In this document: positions 27,091 to 36,121 of the stretch, in pieces
Numbering within the stretch: position 1 is the first letter of the stretch
Layout: each line of letters starts with the position of its first letter
NCBI GenBank assembly: GCA_963974715.1
Contig: CAXBDK010000010.1
Location: forward strand, 128,067 to 192,066
Reading direction: 5' to 3'
Source: an uncultured Sediminicola sp.
GTDB taxonomy: Bacteria > Bacteroidota > Bacteroidia > Flavobacteriales > Flavobacteriaceae
DNA: 64,000 nucleotides
Notes under the pieces: generated by a model
Seen by the model: only the letters and a program-made list of their open reading frames with translations
The model's database searches: none
Told to the model about the DNA's origin: nothing
Made by a program: the position numbers and the translations under genes

Positions 27091-29292
27091 ATGGGTTTGA
27101 ATGAAATGGATATACATGCCTCATTAAAAAAACATTTTGGATTTTCGAAGTTCAAAGGTCTTCAGGAAGATGTAGTTGATAATATTGTAAAGGGCAATGA
27201 TACATTTGTGATCATGCCAACGGGCGGGGGAAAATCCCTTTGCTACCAATTACCGGCACTGATGCAGCCCGGTACGGCCATTGTGGTTTCCCCATTGATC
27301 GCCCTAATGAAGAACCAGGTAGATGCCATTAGGGGCATCTCGGCGGAAAACGGCATCGCACACGTGCTGAATTCATCCCTGACCAAGTCGGAGATCAGAC
27401 AGGTAAAGGAAGACATTGCCAACGGCATAACCAAATTGCTGTACGTTGCCCCGGAATCCCTGACGAAAGAAGAATACGTAGATTTCCTCCAATCCGTTCC
27501 CCTTTCTTTTGTAGCGGTCGACGAAGCGCACTGCATTTCGGAATGGGGACATGATTTTAGGCCGGAGTACCGGAACCTAAGGGCCATTATCTCCCGTTTG
27601 GGAGATAATATCCCGATCATAGGACTTACCGCCACGGCCACCCCGAAGGTACAGGAAGATATCATCAAAAACTTGGGTATTACGGAGGCCAAGGTTTTTA
27701 AGGCCTCCTTTAACAGGCCCAACCTTTATTATGAGGTCAGGCCCAAAACCACCAATGTGGACTCGGACATTATACGGTTCGTAAAACAAAATGCGGGAAA
27801 ATCGGGAATAATTTACTGTCTCAGTAGAAAAAAAGTGGAGGAGCTGGCACAGGTACTACAGGTGAACGGCATCAGTGCGGTGCCCTACCACGCCGGTTTC
27901 GATGCCAAGACCCGGTCCAAATATCAGGACCTGTTCCTTATGGAAGGGGTAGATGTGGTGGTGGCCACCATTGCCTTTGGTATGGGAATAGACAAACCCG
28001 ATGTGCGTTTTGTGATCCATCACGATATGCCGAAGAGCATTGAGAGCTATTATCAGGAAACCGGAAGGGCCGGAAGGGATGGCGGCGAAGGGCATTGCCT
28101 GGCCTTTTATTCCTATAAGGATATCGAGAAACTGGAAAAGTTCATGTCCGGTAAACCCGTGGCCGAACAGGAAATCGGTAACGCCCTTTTACAAGAAGTG
28201 GTCGCTTATGCCGAGACGTCCATGTCGCGCAGAAAGTTTATCCTACATTATTTTGGGGAGGAATTCGACGAGGTAAGCGGAGACGGGGCGCAAATGGACG
28301 ACAATACCCGAAATCCGAAGGAAAAACAGGAAGCCCAGAACGATGTGGTGAAACTGATCGAGGTGGTACAGGGAACCAAGGAAAAATTTAAATCGAAGGA
28401 AATTGTACGTACGCTTACCGGGAAGGTGAACGCGCTCATCTCTTCCCATAAAACCGATGAAAAGCCTTTTTTTGGAATCGGTTCCGATAAGGACAAAAGC
28501 TACTGGATGGCCCTTATCCGACAGGTGCTGGTAGCGGGACTCTTGCGAAAGGAAATAGAACAGTACGGAATTTTGCACATTACACCAGAAGGTGCTGAAT
28601 TTCTGGCCAATCCCCGGTCCTTTATGATGACCAAGGACCATGTGTACAACCAAGAAACCGACGATGCCATTGTGAGCGCCGCCAAAACCGCAGGTGGAGT
28701 GGCCGATGAAAACCTGTTGCACCTGCTAAAGGACCTTCGTAAAAAGGAGGCCAAAAAATTGGGGGTGCCACCATTTGTGGTATTCCAAGATCCTTCCTTG
28801 CAGGACATGGCCCTCAAATATCCCATCTCATTGGAAGAATTGGTGAATATCCATGGGGTAGGGGAGGGCAAGTCCAAGAAGTACGGGAAACCTTTTGTGG
28901 CATTCATTGCCAAATACGTGGAGGAGAACGATATCCTAAGACCGGACGACCTTATCGTAAAGAGTACGGGAGCAAATTCTGCCCTTAAGCTGTACATCAT
29001 ACAGAATGTGGACAAAAAACTTCCCTTGGACGACATTGCCGCTGCCAAGGGCCTTAAGATCGATGAGCTCATTAAGGAAATGGAACAGATCGTCTTTAGC
29101 GGGACCAAACTCAACCTGAGCTATTGGGTGGACGAAATTTTGGACGAGGACCAGCAGGAGGAAATCCATGAATATTTTTTGGAAGCCGAAACCGACAATA
29201 TAGAGGAGGCGGTAAAGGAATTTGACGGTGACTATGAAGATGAGGAACTGCGACTGTACCGATTGAAATTTATCAGTGAAGTGGCAAATTAA
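27091..29292 (+). CDS. recQ: ATP-dependent DNA helicase RecQ
   Basis: PTGGGKS, VDEAHCISEWGHDFRP, QETGRAGRDG, then RQC and HRDC domains. Confidence 0.97.
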   Translation: MGLNEMDIHASLKKHFGFSKFKGLQEDVVDNIVKGNDTFVIMPTGGGKSLCYQLPALMQPGTAIVVSPLIALMKNQVDAIRGISAENGIAHVLNSSLTKSEIRQVKEDIANGITKLLYVAPESLTKEEYVDFLQSVPLSFVAVDEAHCISEWGHDFRPEYRNLRAIISRLGDNIPIIGLTATATPKVQEDIIKNLGITEAKVFKASFNRPNLYYEVRPKTTNVDSDIIRFVKQNAGKSGIIYCLSRKKVEELAQVLQVNGISAVPYHAGFDAKTRSKYQDLFLMEGVDVVVATIAFGMGIDKPDVRFVIHHDMPKSIESYYQETGRAGRDGGEGHCLAFYSYKDIEKLEKFMSGKPVAEQEIGNALLQEVVAYAETSMSRRKFILHYFGEEFDEVSGDGAQMDDNTRNPKEKQEAQNDVVKLIEVVQGTKEKFKSKEIVRTLTGKVNALISSHKTDEKPFFGIGSDKDKSYWMALIRQVLVAGLLRKEIEQYGILHITPEGAEFLANPRSFMMTKDHVYNQETDDAIVSAAKTAGGVADENLLHLLKDLRKKEAKKLGVPPFVVFQDPSLQDMALKYPISLEELVNIHGVGEGKSKKYGKPFVAFIAKYVEENDILRPDDLIVKSTGANSALKLYIIQNVDKKLPLDDIAAAKGLKIDELIKEMEQIVFSGTKLNLSYWVDEILDEDQQEEIHEYFLEAETDNIEEAVKEFDGDYEDEELRLYRLKFISEVAN

Positions 29293-29355
29293 AAATGGTA
29301 TCCCGAAAATGGAACCTACATTGGCCAAGTTGAGAGCATTGTTTTTGCCGATAAT

Positions 29356-29390
29356 AAAAGCCCCTTCCGGTCATCCGGAAGGGGCTTTTT
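29356..29390. terminator. Bidirectional terminator between recQ and the CCC operon
   Basis: AAAAGCCCCTTCCGG-TCAT-CCGGAAGGGGCTTTTT. Confidence 0.9.
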
Positions 29391-29412
29391 GGACCCCATC
29401 GGATCAGGTCCC

Positions 29413-29715
29413 TCAGTCGAAGCCGTTAGAACTTATCAGGGCAATGATCACGCCAAAGTATAGGATTGCCAACAACAGGAAGAGCAGGGACACTGCCATG
29501 CCTATATAGGACAATATCCTACCCGTCTTGACATTTTCGTACCCGCTATAGACCCCCGGGTTTTCGTGATGGATGCGTTCGGCCTTTTTGGCATTCACCA
29601 GTCCAATGATACTGAAGATGATCGCAAAGGGACCACAGCATATAAAGGCCCCGACTATGGAAATTATGCCCATGGTCATGGCCGTACTGGCCCCAGGTAG
29701 GGAAATTTGGTTCAT
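29413..29715 (-). CDS. CCC-motif/DUF4190-like small membrane protein
   Basis: GIISIVGAFICCGPFAIIFSIIG and a second TM; 100 aa. Confidence 0.75.
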   Translation of the reverse strand: MNQISLPGASTAMTMGIISIVGAFICCGPFAIIFSIIGLVNAKKAERIHHENPGVYSGYENVKTGRILSYIGMAVSLLFLLLAILYFGVIIALISSNGFD

Positions 29716-29780
29716 ATTCGTCGGTTATAATGGTTGCTAAATGTAAATGGCCCCTAATGAGGGGCCACCCAATTGGTTCT

Positions 29781-30119
29781 TTATTCGATGTCGATGCCCA
29801 GATCCTCGTAAATTTCCATTTGTTTTTCCATATAGGCGTCCCATCCTCCTGCGGCATATAGACTGTAAATGGACCACACCAAGCTCAGTACCGCAAGTAC
29901 AAGACCGATAATGGCAACTATTTTAGCCGTTTTCAACTGACTGTAGTTTGAATATTCCCCTGGATTTGCCTGGTAGAGCTTTTCATCCTTACTGGTCAAA
30001 AAAAGTGCTATTCCCGAAAAGAGAACCCCGCCAATACCGGCAGAGCAGCAGCAGCAGAAAAAAGAAATGATACTCAGCACAAGGGCTATTGTTACATTGG
30101 GCAATTTTTGTTGTTCCAT
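29781..30119 (-). CDS. CCC-motif small membrane protein (paralogue)
   Basis: LSIISFFCCCCSAGIGG, LYQANPGEYSNY and KTAKIVAIIG. Confidence 0.8.
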   Translation of the reverse strand: MEQQKLPNVTIALVLSIISFFCCCCSAGIGGVLFSGIALFLTSKDEKLYQANPGEYSNYSQLKTAKIVAIIGLVLAVLSLVWSIYSLYAAGGWDAYMEKQMEIYEDLGIDIE

Positions 30120-30133
30120 AATTAAAGATTTGA

Positions 30134-30439
30134 TTAAATAAATTTTAAGATATAGTTGGTCACTATCAACAACACTGTCAGGGACATTAGGGTAATGATG
30201 ATGGAATTGGCATATTTAATGGAGTAGAAATTGTCCACCAATAAAAATCCCATCAAAAGGATAAGGGTATAAATAGCGGGGTACATCAGAAAGGCGCCCC
30301 AAAGGTCCCCCTGTAAAAGCAAGGAAATGGATCTCTGGATGCCACATCCGGGACATTCTACCCCAAAGATCTTTTTGTTCGCGCACGGAAGCATATAGTC
30401 GTCCAAGGAAAATAATAAGGATATGGACTGTATTTTCAT
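30134..30439 (-). CDS. DUF2752 membrane protein
   Basis: MLPCANKKIFGVECPGCGIQRS...MYPA motif. Confidence 0.85.
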   Translation of the reverse strand: MKIQSISLLFSLDDYMLPCANKKIFGVECPGCGIQRSISLLLQGDLWGAFLMYPAIYTLILLMGFLLVDNFYSIKYANSIIITLMSLTVLLIVTNYILKFI

Positions 30440-30482
30440 GAAATGCGGTTCTTTTGCCGAAAATTACTATTAATTTTGAGGA

Positions 30483-30689
30483 ATGAAAACAAAACGAATA
30501 ATTTATTTTTTGTTGATCATGCTAGGGGCCGTCGCAATGGCGATGGGGGACAGGTACGTACAAAAGGAATACGCCCTCTGTATTGGTGTCGTCCTGCTGA
30601 TGTTCGGCATACAGGGGTCGATCAGCTCTTGGAATATTGGAGGGGAAAGGGGAAAAAGTGGACAAAATGGCGAACATGGACAGGTTTGA
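30483..30689 (+). CDS. Small two-TM hypothetical protein
   Basis: Two hydrophobic segments; overlaps the start of the Smr gene. Confidence 0.6.
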   Translation: MKTKRIIYFLLIMLGAVAMAMGDRYVQKEYALCIGVVLLMFGIQGSISSWNIGGERGKSGQNGEHGQV

Positions 30690-31227
30690 GATAGGGGATA
30701 AGGTAGAGACAATGGATGATGTCATTAAGGGTATCGTCAAGAAAGTCACTGGCGATAGGGTACATGTAGAAACCGAAGAAGGTTTTTTGCTGGATTTTGC
30801 CCGTGCTGAATTGCTCAAACTTGGAGGAGCCACCGATATTAAAGTGAACAATTATGAGGTGGCCCAAATAAAAAAGGAAAAAGAGCTTCCCAAAAAACGC
30901 AAGGCCCCTACCCCAAGGCCAAAAGAGCGCAACACCCCTAAGATGGAAGTGGACCTCCATATCCATCAACTGGTGCCCACTTATAGGGGGATGGGCAACT
31001 ATGAAATACTTAACATACAATTGGAAGCCGCTAAAAGACAGTTGGAGTTTGCCATGTCGAAGCGGATCCAGAAAATTGTCTTTATACACGGGGTAGGCGA
31101 AGGGATCCTTAAGGAGGAGCTGTACTATTTGTTTAAAAAGTATGGAAACATCGATTACTATGATGCCGATTACCAGAAATACGGACTAGGGGCAACCGAG
31201 GTATATATCTACCAAAATGCCGAGTAG
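30667..31227 (+). CDS. Smr/MutS2 C-terminal domain protein
   Basis: EVDLHIHQL and FIHGVGEGILK, with an N-terminal KOW-like FEIGDKVETMD. Confidence 0.88.
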   Translation: MANMDRFEIGDKVETMDDVIKGIVKKVTGDRVHVETEEGFLLDFARAELLKLGGATDIKVNNYEVAQIKKEKELPKKRKAPTPRPKERNTPKMEVDLHIHQLVPTYRGMGNYEILNIQLEAAKRQLEFAMSKRIQKIVFIHGVGEGILKEELYYLFKKYGNIDYYDADYQKYGLGATEVYIYQNAE

Positions 31228-31242
31228 ATCCTGAAAATCCTA

Positions 31243-31740
31243 TCAGTTTCTGGTAGTGATCGCCCCAAAATTATTGACACGAAGATCCGTAACACGGGAC
31301 CCGCTTTCATTGACAAAGGAAATTCCCCTTAAACGGATCGTATGGGCAAAGGTGACACTGTCGGTCATGGCGGTCGTGATCATCACTTCCCCATCCTCAG
31401 CCGTTATTTCCTCCAACACTACCGGATCGGTAGGCGGAAGGGCATCGCAAAAATAGCCTTTGGCAACGGTACCCGAAAAAATCCGATAGCTCAATTTTGA
31501 TTGGGCCGGAACCGTACTTATAATGGTATCGGTGGTAGCTTCGTTTTTTAGCAGTCCGCCCTGAAGGGTGAGTATCAGGGCTTCGTCACCATTGATCTTG
31601 AACATGAGCGTAGTGGCCGTAGTTGCGGTACCGCAAAAGTCAATGGCACTGTCATCGAAATTGATGGTTTCCACCTGTAGGTCCCCATCATCGCAAGACA
31701 ATAACAACCCCAGAAAAACAAAAAGGAAAGTTCTTTTCAT
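31243..31740 (-). CDS. Hypothetical lipoprotein
   Basis: Lipobox LLLSC followed by acidic DDGD. Confidence 0.75.
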   Translation of the reverse strand: MKRTFLFVFLGLLLSCDDGDLQVETINFDDSAIDFCGTATTATTLMFKINGDEALILTLQGGLLKNEATTDTIISTVPAQSKLSYRIFSGTVAKGYFCDALPPTDPVVLEEITAEDGEVMITTAMTDSVTFAHTIRLRGISFVNESGSRVTDLRVNNFGAITTRN

Positions 31741-31855
31741 GGCCCAAATTTAATTCAAATAAAGTGGAAATTCCCATAGGTTTGACCTCATTTTAGGGGA
31801 AATTAACTTTATTTCAAGTATTTTTGTGCAATTTTTTAAACCATACCCAATTCCC

Positions 31856-33004
31856 ATGCAAAGAGTTTATCTTGACAATGCCGCAACAACAAAGGTCAGG
31901 GAGGAAGTCATCGTTAGGATGCAGGATGCTTTGGCAAATTTTTATGGCAATCCGTCTTCCAGCCATAGTTTTGGGAGATCCGCCAAAACTGCAGTGGAAA
32001 GCGCCCGAAAGTCAATAGCAAAGGAACTGAACGCCCATCCCTCCGAAATTATCTTTACCTCAGGTGGTACCGAAGCCGATAATATGATTCTTAGGGGAGC
32101 TGTTCGGGATCTGGGCGTGACCACGATCATAACCTCCGCCATAGAGCACCATGCGGTCTTGCACACGGCAGAGGAATTGGTCAAGGAATATGGCATTCAA
32201 CTGTTTTATGTGAAATTGGATGCTTTTGGAAACCCCGATCTGGCGCACCTTAGGGAGTTATTGCACGGCGACAGTACCAAAAAATTGGTCAGTCTGATGC
32301 ATATAAACAATGAAATTGGCAATAGATTGGATATGGAAGCGGTCTCCGGGCTCTGCACTGAAGCGGGGGCCTTCTTCCATTCTGATACGGTGCAGTCCAT
32401 TGGCCATTACAAATGGGACGTTAAAAAATGGCCGGTTGATTTTATGACCGCCGCCGCCCATAAATTCCACGGGCCCAAAGGGATCGGATTCGCCTATATA
32501 AGAAGGAATACCGGTCTAAAGCCCTTACTTTTTGGTGGGTCGCAGGAAAGGGGCTTTAGGGCCGGCACCGAACCCTTCCACAATATTGTGGGCATGGAGG
32601 TCGCTTTTTTGGAGGCATATGCAAATCTGGATACGGAAAGGGCCTATGTTACCGATCTTAAAAAGTATTTTATCGAAGAGATCTCGAGGGAAATACCGTT
32701 GGTGAAATTCAATGGGGAATCTGCCGATCTGGATAAAAGCACCTATACCTTGGTAAATGTATGTTTGCCCTATAGTGCGGAAAAGGCCCTTATGCTGCTC
32801 TTTCATTTGGATCTAAAGGGTATTGCCTGTTCCAAGGGAAGTGCCTGCCAATCCGGGAGCGATCAGGGTTCACATGTACTCATGGAGATACTTTCCCCGG
32901 AAGACATGGAAAGGCCTTCTTTGCGGTTTTCCTTTTCCATCTACAATACCAAAGAGGAAGTGGATTATGTGATAGGGGCACTAAAGGAATTCGCTCAGGA
33001 TTGA
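31856..33004 (+). CDS. iscS: Cysteine desulfurase (IscS/NifS type)
   Basis: YLDNAATT, TSGGTE, AAHKFHGPKG (PLP Lys) and SKGSACQSG. TATTTTTG -7 element at 31819-31826. Confidence 0.92.
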   Translation: MQRVYLDNAATTKVREEVIVRMQDALANFYGNPSSSHSFGRSAKTAVESARKSIAKELNAHPSEIIFTSGGTEADNMILRGAVRDLGVTTIITSAIEHHAVLHTAEELVKEYGIQLFYVKLDAFGNPDLAHLRELLHGDSTKKLVSLMHINNEIGNRLDMEAVSGLCTEAGAFFHSDTVQSIGHYKWDVKKWPVDFMTAAAHKFHGPKGIGFAYIRRNTGLKPLLFGGSQERGFRAGTEPFHNIVGMEVAFLEAYANLDTERAYVTDLKKYFIEEISREIPLVKFNGESADLDKSTYTLVNVCLPYSAEKALMLLFHLDLKGIACSKGSACQSGSDQGSHVLMEILSPEDMERPSLRFSFSIYNTKEEVDYVIGALKEFAQD

Positions 33005-33654
33005 TTTTTTCTTTTGTTCCTTTGGCGTTCCTTGTCGTACGGAAATTTTCGGGTTGCAGCTTTCATCATGCCGTCTATAAGGGCATTGGTATTTTTGCCC
33101 GACTTTTTATTGATTTCCTTTTCGTATTTCCACAGGAGCTTGCTAGTGGCACCATCGCTTATCTTAAGGCCTATCCTTCCGTAATCTGCATCGCCGAGAA
33201 AGAAATCCATTAAATTGAATTCGGAGGGAATGCCCTTGGACAGTAGAATATTGATATCCATACTTCCGCTGATGATCCCGTCCACTTCAAGAATCTTACA
33301 GATCTCTTTAACGGTATGCACGTCCATGTTTTCATAACTGATATCGTTACGTGCCAGAATGGCATTGGTGTCCTCCGTATTCTGAAAGGCCACCCCGAAT
33401 TTCTTTTTTTTGTTGATACGGGAAAAATAGATTTCCAGGGCTTCCTGTACGGCATAGCCTTCCTTTTTTTCCAAGGCTTTTACTTCTTCCTTTTCTATAG
33501 TGTCCTCCAGTTCCAGATTGGTGAGAAATGGAAGTATGGCCAAGACTTTGTGGTCTTGTGAAAGTTCATCGAATTTTTCGCTTTCATAAATGTTCTTTTG
33601 GGCATTGGAACCCAACACAACAAAGCAAAACAGGTAAAATAGACTCTTTTTCAT
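32995..33654 (-). CDS. Secreted hypothetical protein, possible CsgG/TolB-N-like alpha/beta fold
   Basis: Signal peptide; VLAILPF...LEVDGIISGS...LLWKYE pattern. Confidence 0.55.
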   Translation of the reverse strand: MKKSLFYLFCFVVLGSNAQKNIYESEKFDELSQDHKVLAILPFLTNLELEDTIEKEEVKALEKKEGYAVQEALEIYFSRINKKKKFGVAFQNTEDTNAILARNDISYENMDVHTVKEICKILEVDGIISGSMDINILLSKGIPSEFNLMDFFLGDADYGRIGLKISDGATSKLLWKYEKEINKKSGKNTNALIDGMMKAATRKFPYDKERQRNKRKNQS

Positions 33655-33664
33655 TTATTTTTTT

Positions 33665-36118
33665 CTAAAAGCGCATTCCAAGTGTTAGGTTCAGGACCCT
33701 TGATGTCATAAAATTGGGCACCGCATATTCCTGTTTGTCCACTGCGTCACGGACCCAGGTATTGGTAATGGAATTCTGTGTGTTGAAAAGATTGAAGATT
33801 TCCAGTCCCACGTTCAATTCCTTAAATGTCCCCAACCAATGTTTTCTGGGAAAGCGTGTGTCCGCATCCACAAAAATATGGGAAATTCCCAAATCTGCCC
33901 TTTTATAATCCCTTAATCTGTTCCTAAAAATGTAGGGATCGGCATAGTTGGGCGATCCACCGGGCACACCGGTATGGTAGACCAAATTTAGGTACATCCT
34001 TAAATGTGGTATATCGGGCACATAATCCTGAAAGAGCAGCCCTAGTTTTAGGCGTTGGTCGGTAGGTCTTGCAATATATCCCCTATTGTTTATATTCTCC
34101 TCCGTTTTCAAATAGCCTACACTGATCCAGGATTGGGTCCCGGGCACAAAGGCCCCGTTCAACCTTAGTTCGGCCCCTTGGGCAAAGGCCTTTGCATGGT
34201 TGTTGGCGGCGTAGCGTACCCGAACATCTTCCAAGGTGTAGGTGTTTACCCGGTCCAACTTTTTGTAATAGGTTTCACCGATCAAGGTAAACGGCCTGTC
34301 CCAAAGTTTGAAACTGTATTCATGGGACAGGACGATATGATAAGATCTTTGAGCTTGCACTTCCGGGTGTACAATGCCCTTTTCATCCCGTAGTTCACGG
34401 TACATGGGCGGCTGTTGGTACACCCCGCCAGAAATTTGGAACAGCATATCGCGCTTCCATTTGGGTTTGATGGCCAATTGCGCACGGGGACTTACAATGG
34501 TATGGGCCGCACCTGTTATCCCATCACCGATAAGGGACCAGTGCTGCATTCTGATTCCAAGATTGTAATAAAGATAATAGTTCCGATCTAATTTTTGTCC
34601 AAATTGCAAATACCCTGAAAATCTGTTGGTCTTAATTTGGTTACGGGCATAGATGCCAGAGTACGGCTCCAAGGGATCCTGGTTGGGTGTGCCCGGCTGT
34701 AGGTTTTCAAACCCAGAGTTGGGAGGACGTACGGAGAACCCCGTCGAATCCAGAAATTCCGATTCCCTGATCTGGTCCCTAATGTCCTCATGCGAATATC
34801 GTACGCCCCATTCCAACTTGCTATTTTGTTTGGTAAGACTTCCCGTATGGGCCAGGTTCGCTATCAGTGCATCCAGATCGTTCCTGGCCCGTTTGAAATG
34901 GGAACCATATCCTTCCGGAGAGGCAATTTGCCCTTCCAGATCTGAATCCGAAGGTGCCAAGGTGTACTGTGCGATCACATCCGAATATTCCTCCTCGATG
35001 GTATGGAAGAGGGCACTGCTAAATGTCAATTCCATACTTTCATTCGGAAAAAAGTTGGCCTTAAGGGCCCCTTGCGCCGTACTGAAGCGGTTTTTCTCCC
35101 TGCCTTCGTAGAATACGGTCAGCGTTCTCATCCGGTCCAAAGTACCAAAATTGGTTTCCCTGGTCAGCGGCTCGTTATTATAGGCATTGATGCCCAAGGT
35201 GCCCAAAAATTCCAACTGTACTTTTTTGGACATGGCATATGAAAAATAGGACTGCAGGTCTACAAATGTCGGATTAAAATTTGTCCTTGTCTGTTGGCTG
35301 TTCACCAAAAGGCCGTTGTCCCGATACCGAAAGCCCGTAATGGAAGAGAACTTTTTATTTTTGGAGACCGTTTCAATGGTAGTCTCCGCTCCCATTAAAC
35401 TGGCATGCAAGGCCAGTGAGGAACGGGTAGGCCTTTTATAGGTTATATCCAGTACCGATGAGAGCTTGTCCCCATATTTTGCCTGAAAGCCACCAGCGGA
35501 AAATTCAAGCCGCCGTACCATGTCCGAATTTACAAAGCTGAGACCTTCCTGCTGGCCCGACCGTATGAGAAAGGGCCTATATACTGGAATTCCATTGACG
35601 TACACCAAATTTTCATCATAATTACCGCCCCTTACGGAGTATTGCGTGCTCAGTTCATTGTTGATGGTAACGCCCGGTAAGAGGTTGAGTACATTTTCCA
35701 CGCCAGCATTGGCCCCAGGGATATTTCTTATGGTCTCCGGGGGAACGGTGGTAATCCCTATCGCCACCTTACTTCCATTTCCCATAACGACCACTTCCGC
35801 CATTTGGGTGGTATTGGTCTTTAGAACAGGATTAAAGGGGTAGATCTCATTGGTCGTGAGCACCAGATTTTCCAGTATGGTATTTTGGTGTCCCAGATGC
35901 GTGAAGACTATGGTGGTTTCTTTTTCGGATACGATTTCGAGCAAGTAAAAGCCGTTCAGGTCGGATGTGGTCCCGCTAGTGGCCGATCTGATATGCACAT
36001 CGGCCAAGGGAAGCCCCTCCTCGTCCAATACCACTCCGGTGATGGATGCGGTCTGTGCGGCGGCCCTACCGAACACAAAGATCATAAACAGGGCGATTAC
36101 TGCTTTAGGGCACTTCAA
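33665..36118 (-). CDS. TonB-dependent-receptor-like outer membrane protein (PorF/PG0534-like)
   Basis: Carboxypeptidase-regulatory-like N-domain, plug YSVRGGNYDENLVYVNG and RSGQQEGLSFVN, C-terminal Phe; TTG start. Confidence 0.85.
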   Translation of the reverse strand: MKCPKAVIALFMIFVFGRAAAQTASITGVVLDEEGLPLADVHIRSATSGTTSDLNGFYLLEIVSEKETTIVFTHLGHQNTILENLVLTTNEIYPFNPVLKTNTTQMAEVVVMGNGSKVAIGITTVPPETIRNIPGANAGVENVLNLLPGVTINNELSTQYSVRGGNYDENLVYVNGIPVYRPFLIRSGQQEGLSFVNSDMVRRLEFSAGGFQAKYGDKLSSVLDITYKRPTRSSLALHASLMGAETTIETVSKNKKFSSITGFRYRDNGLLVNSQQTRTNFNPTFVDLQSYFSYAMSKKVQLEFLGTLGINAYNNEPLTRETNFGTLDRMRTLTVFYEGREKNRFSTAQGALKANFFPNESMELTFSSALFHTIEEEYSDVIAQYTLAPSDSDLEGQIASPEGYGSHFKRARNDLDALIANLAHTGSLTKQNSKLEWGVRYSHEDIRDQIRESEFLDSTGFSVRPPNSGFENLQPGTPNQDPLEPYSGIYARNQIKTNRFSGYLQFGQKLDRNYYLYYNLGIRMQHWSLIGDGITGAAHTIVSPRAQLAIKPKWKRDMLFQISGGVYQQPPMYRELRDEKGIVHPEVQAQRSYHIVLSHEYSFKLWDRPFTLIGETYYKKLDRVNTYTLEDVRVRYAANNHAKAFAQGAELRLNGAFVPGTQSWISVGYLKTEENINNRGYIARPTDQRLKLGLLFQDYVPDIPHLRMYLNLVYHTGVPGGSPNYADPYIFRNRLRDYKRADLGISHIFVDADTRFPRKHWLGTFKELNVGLEIFNLFNTQNSITNTWVRDAVDKQEYAVPNFMTSRVLNLTLGMRF

Positions 36119-36121
36119 AAT

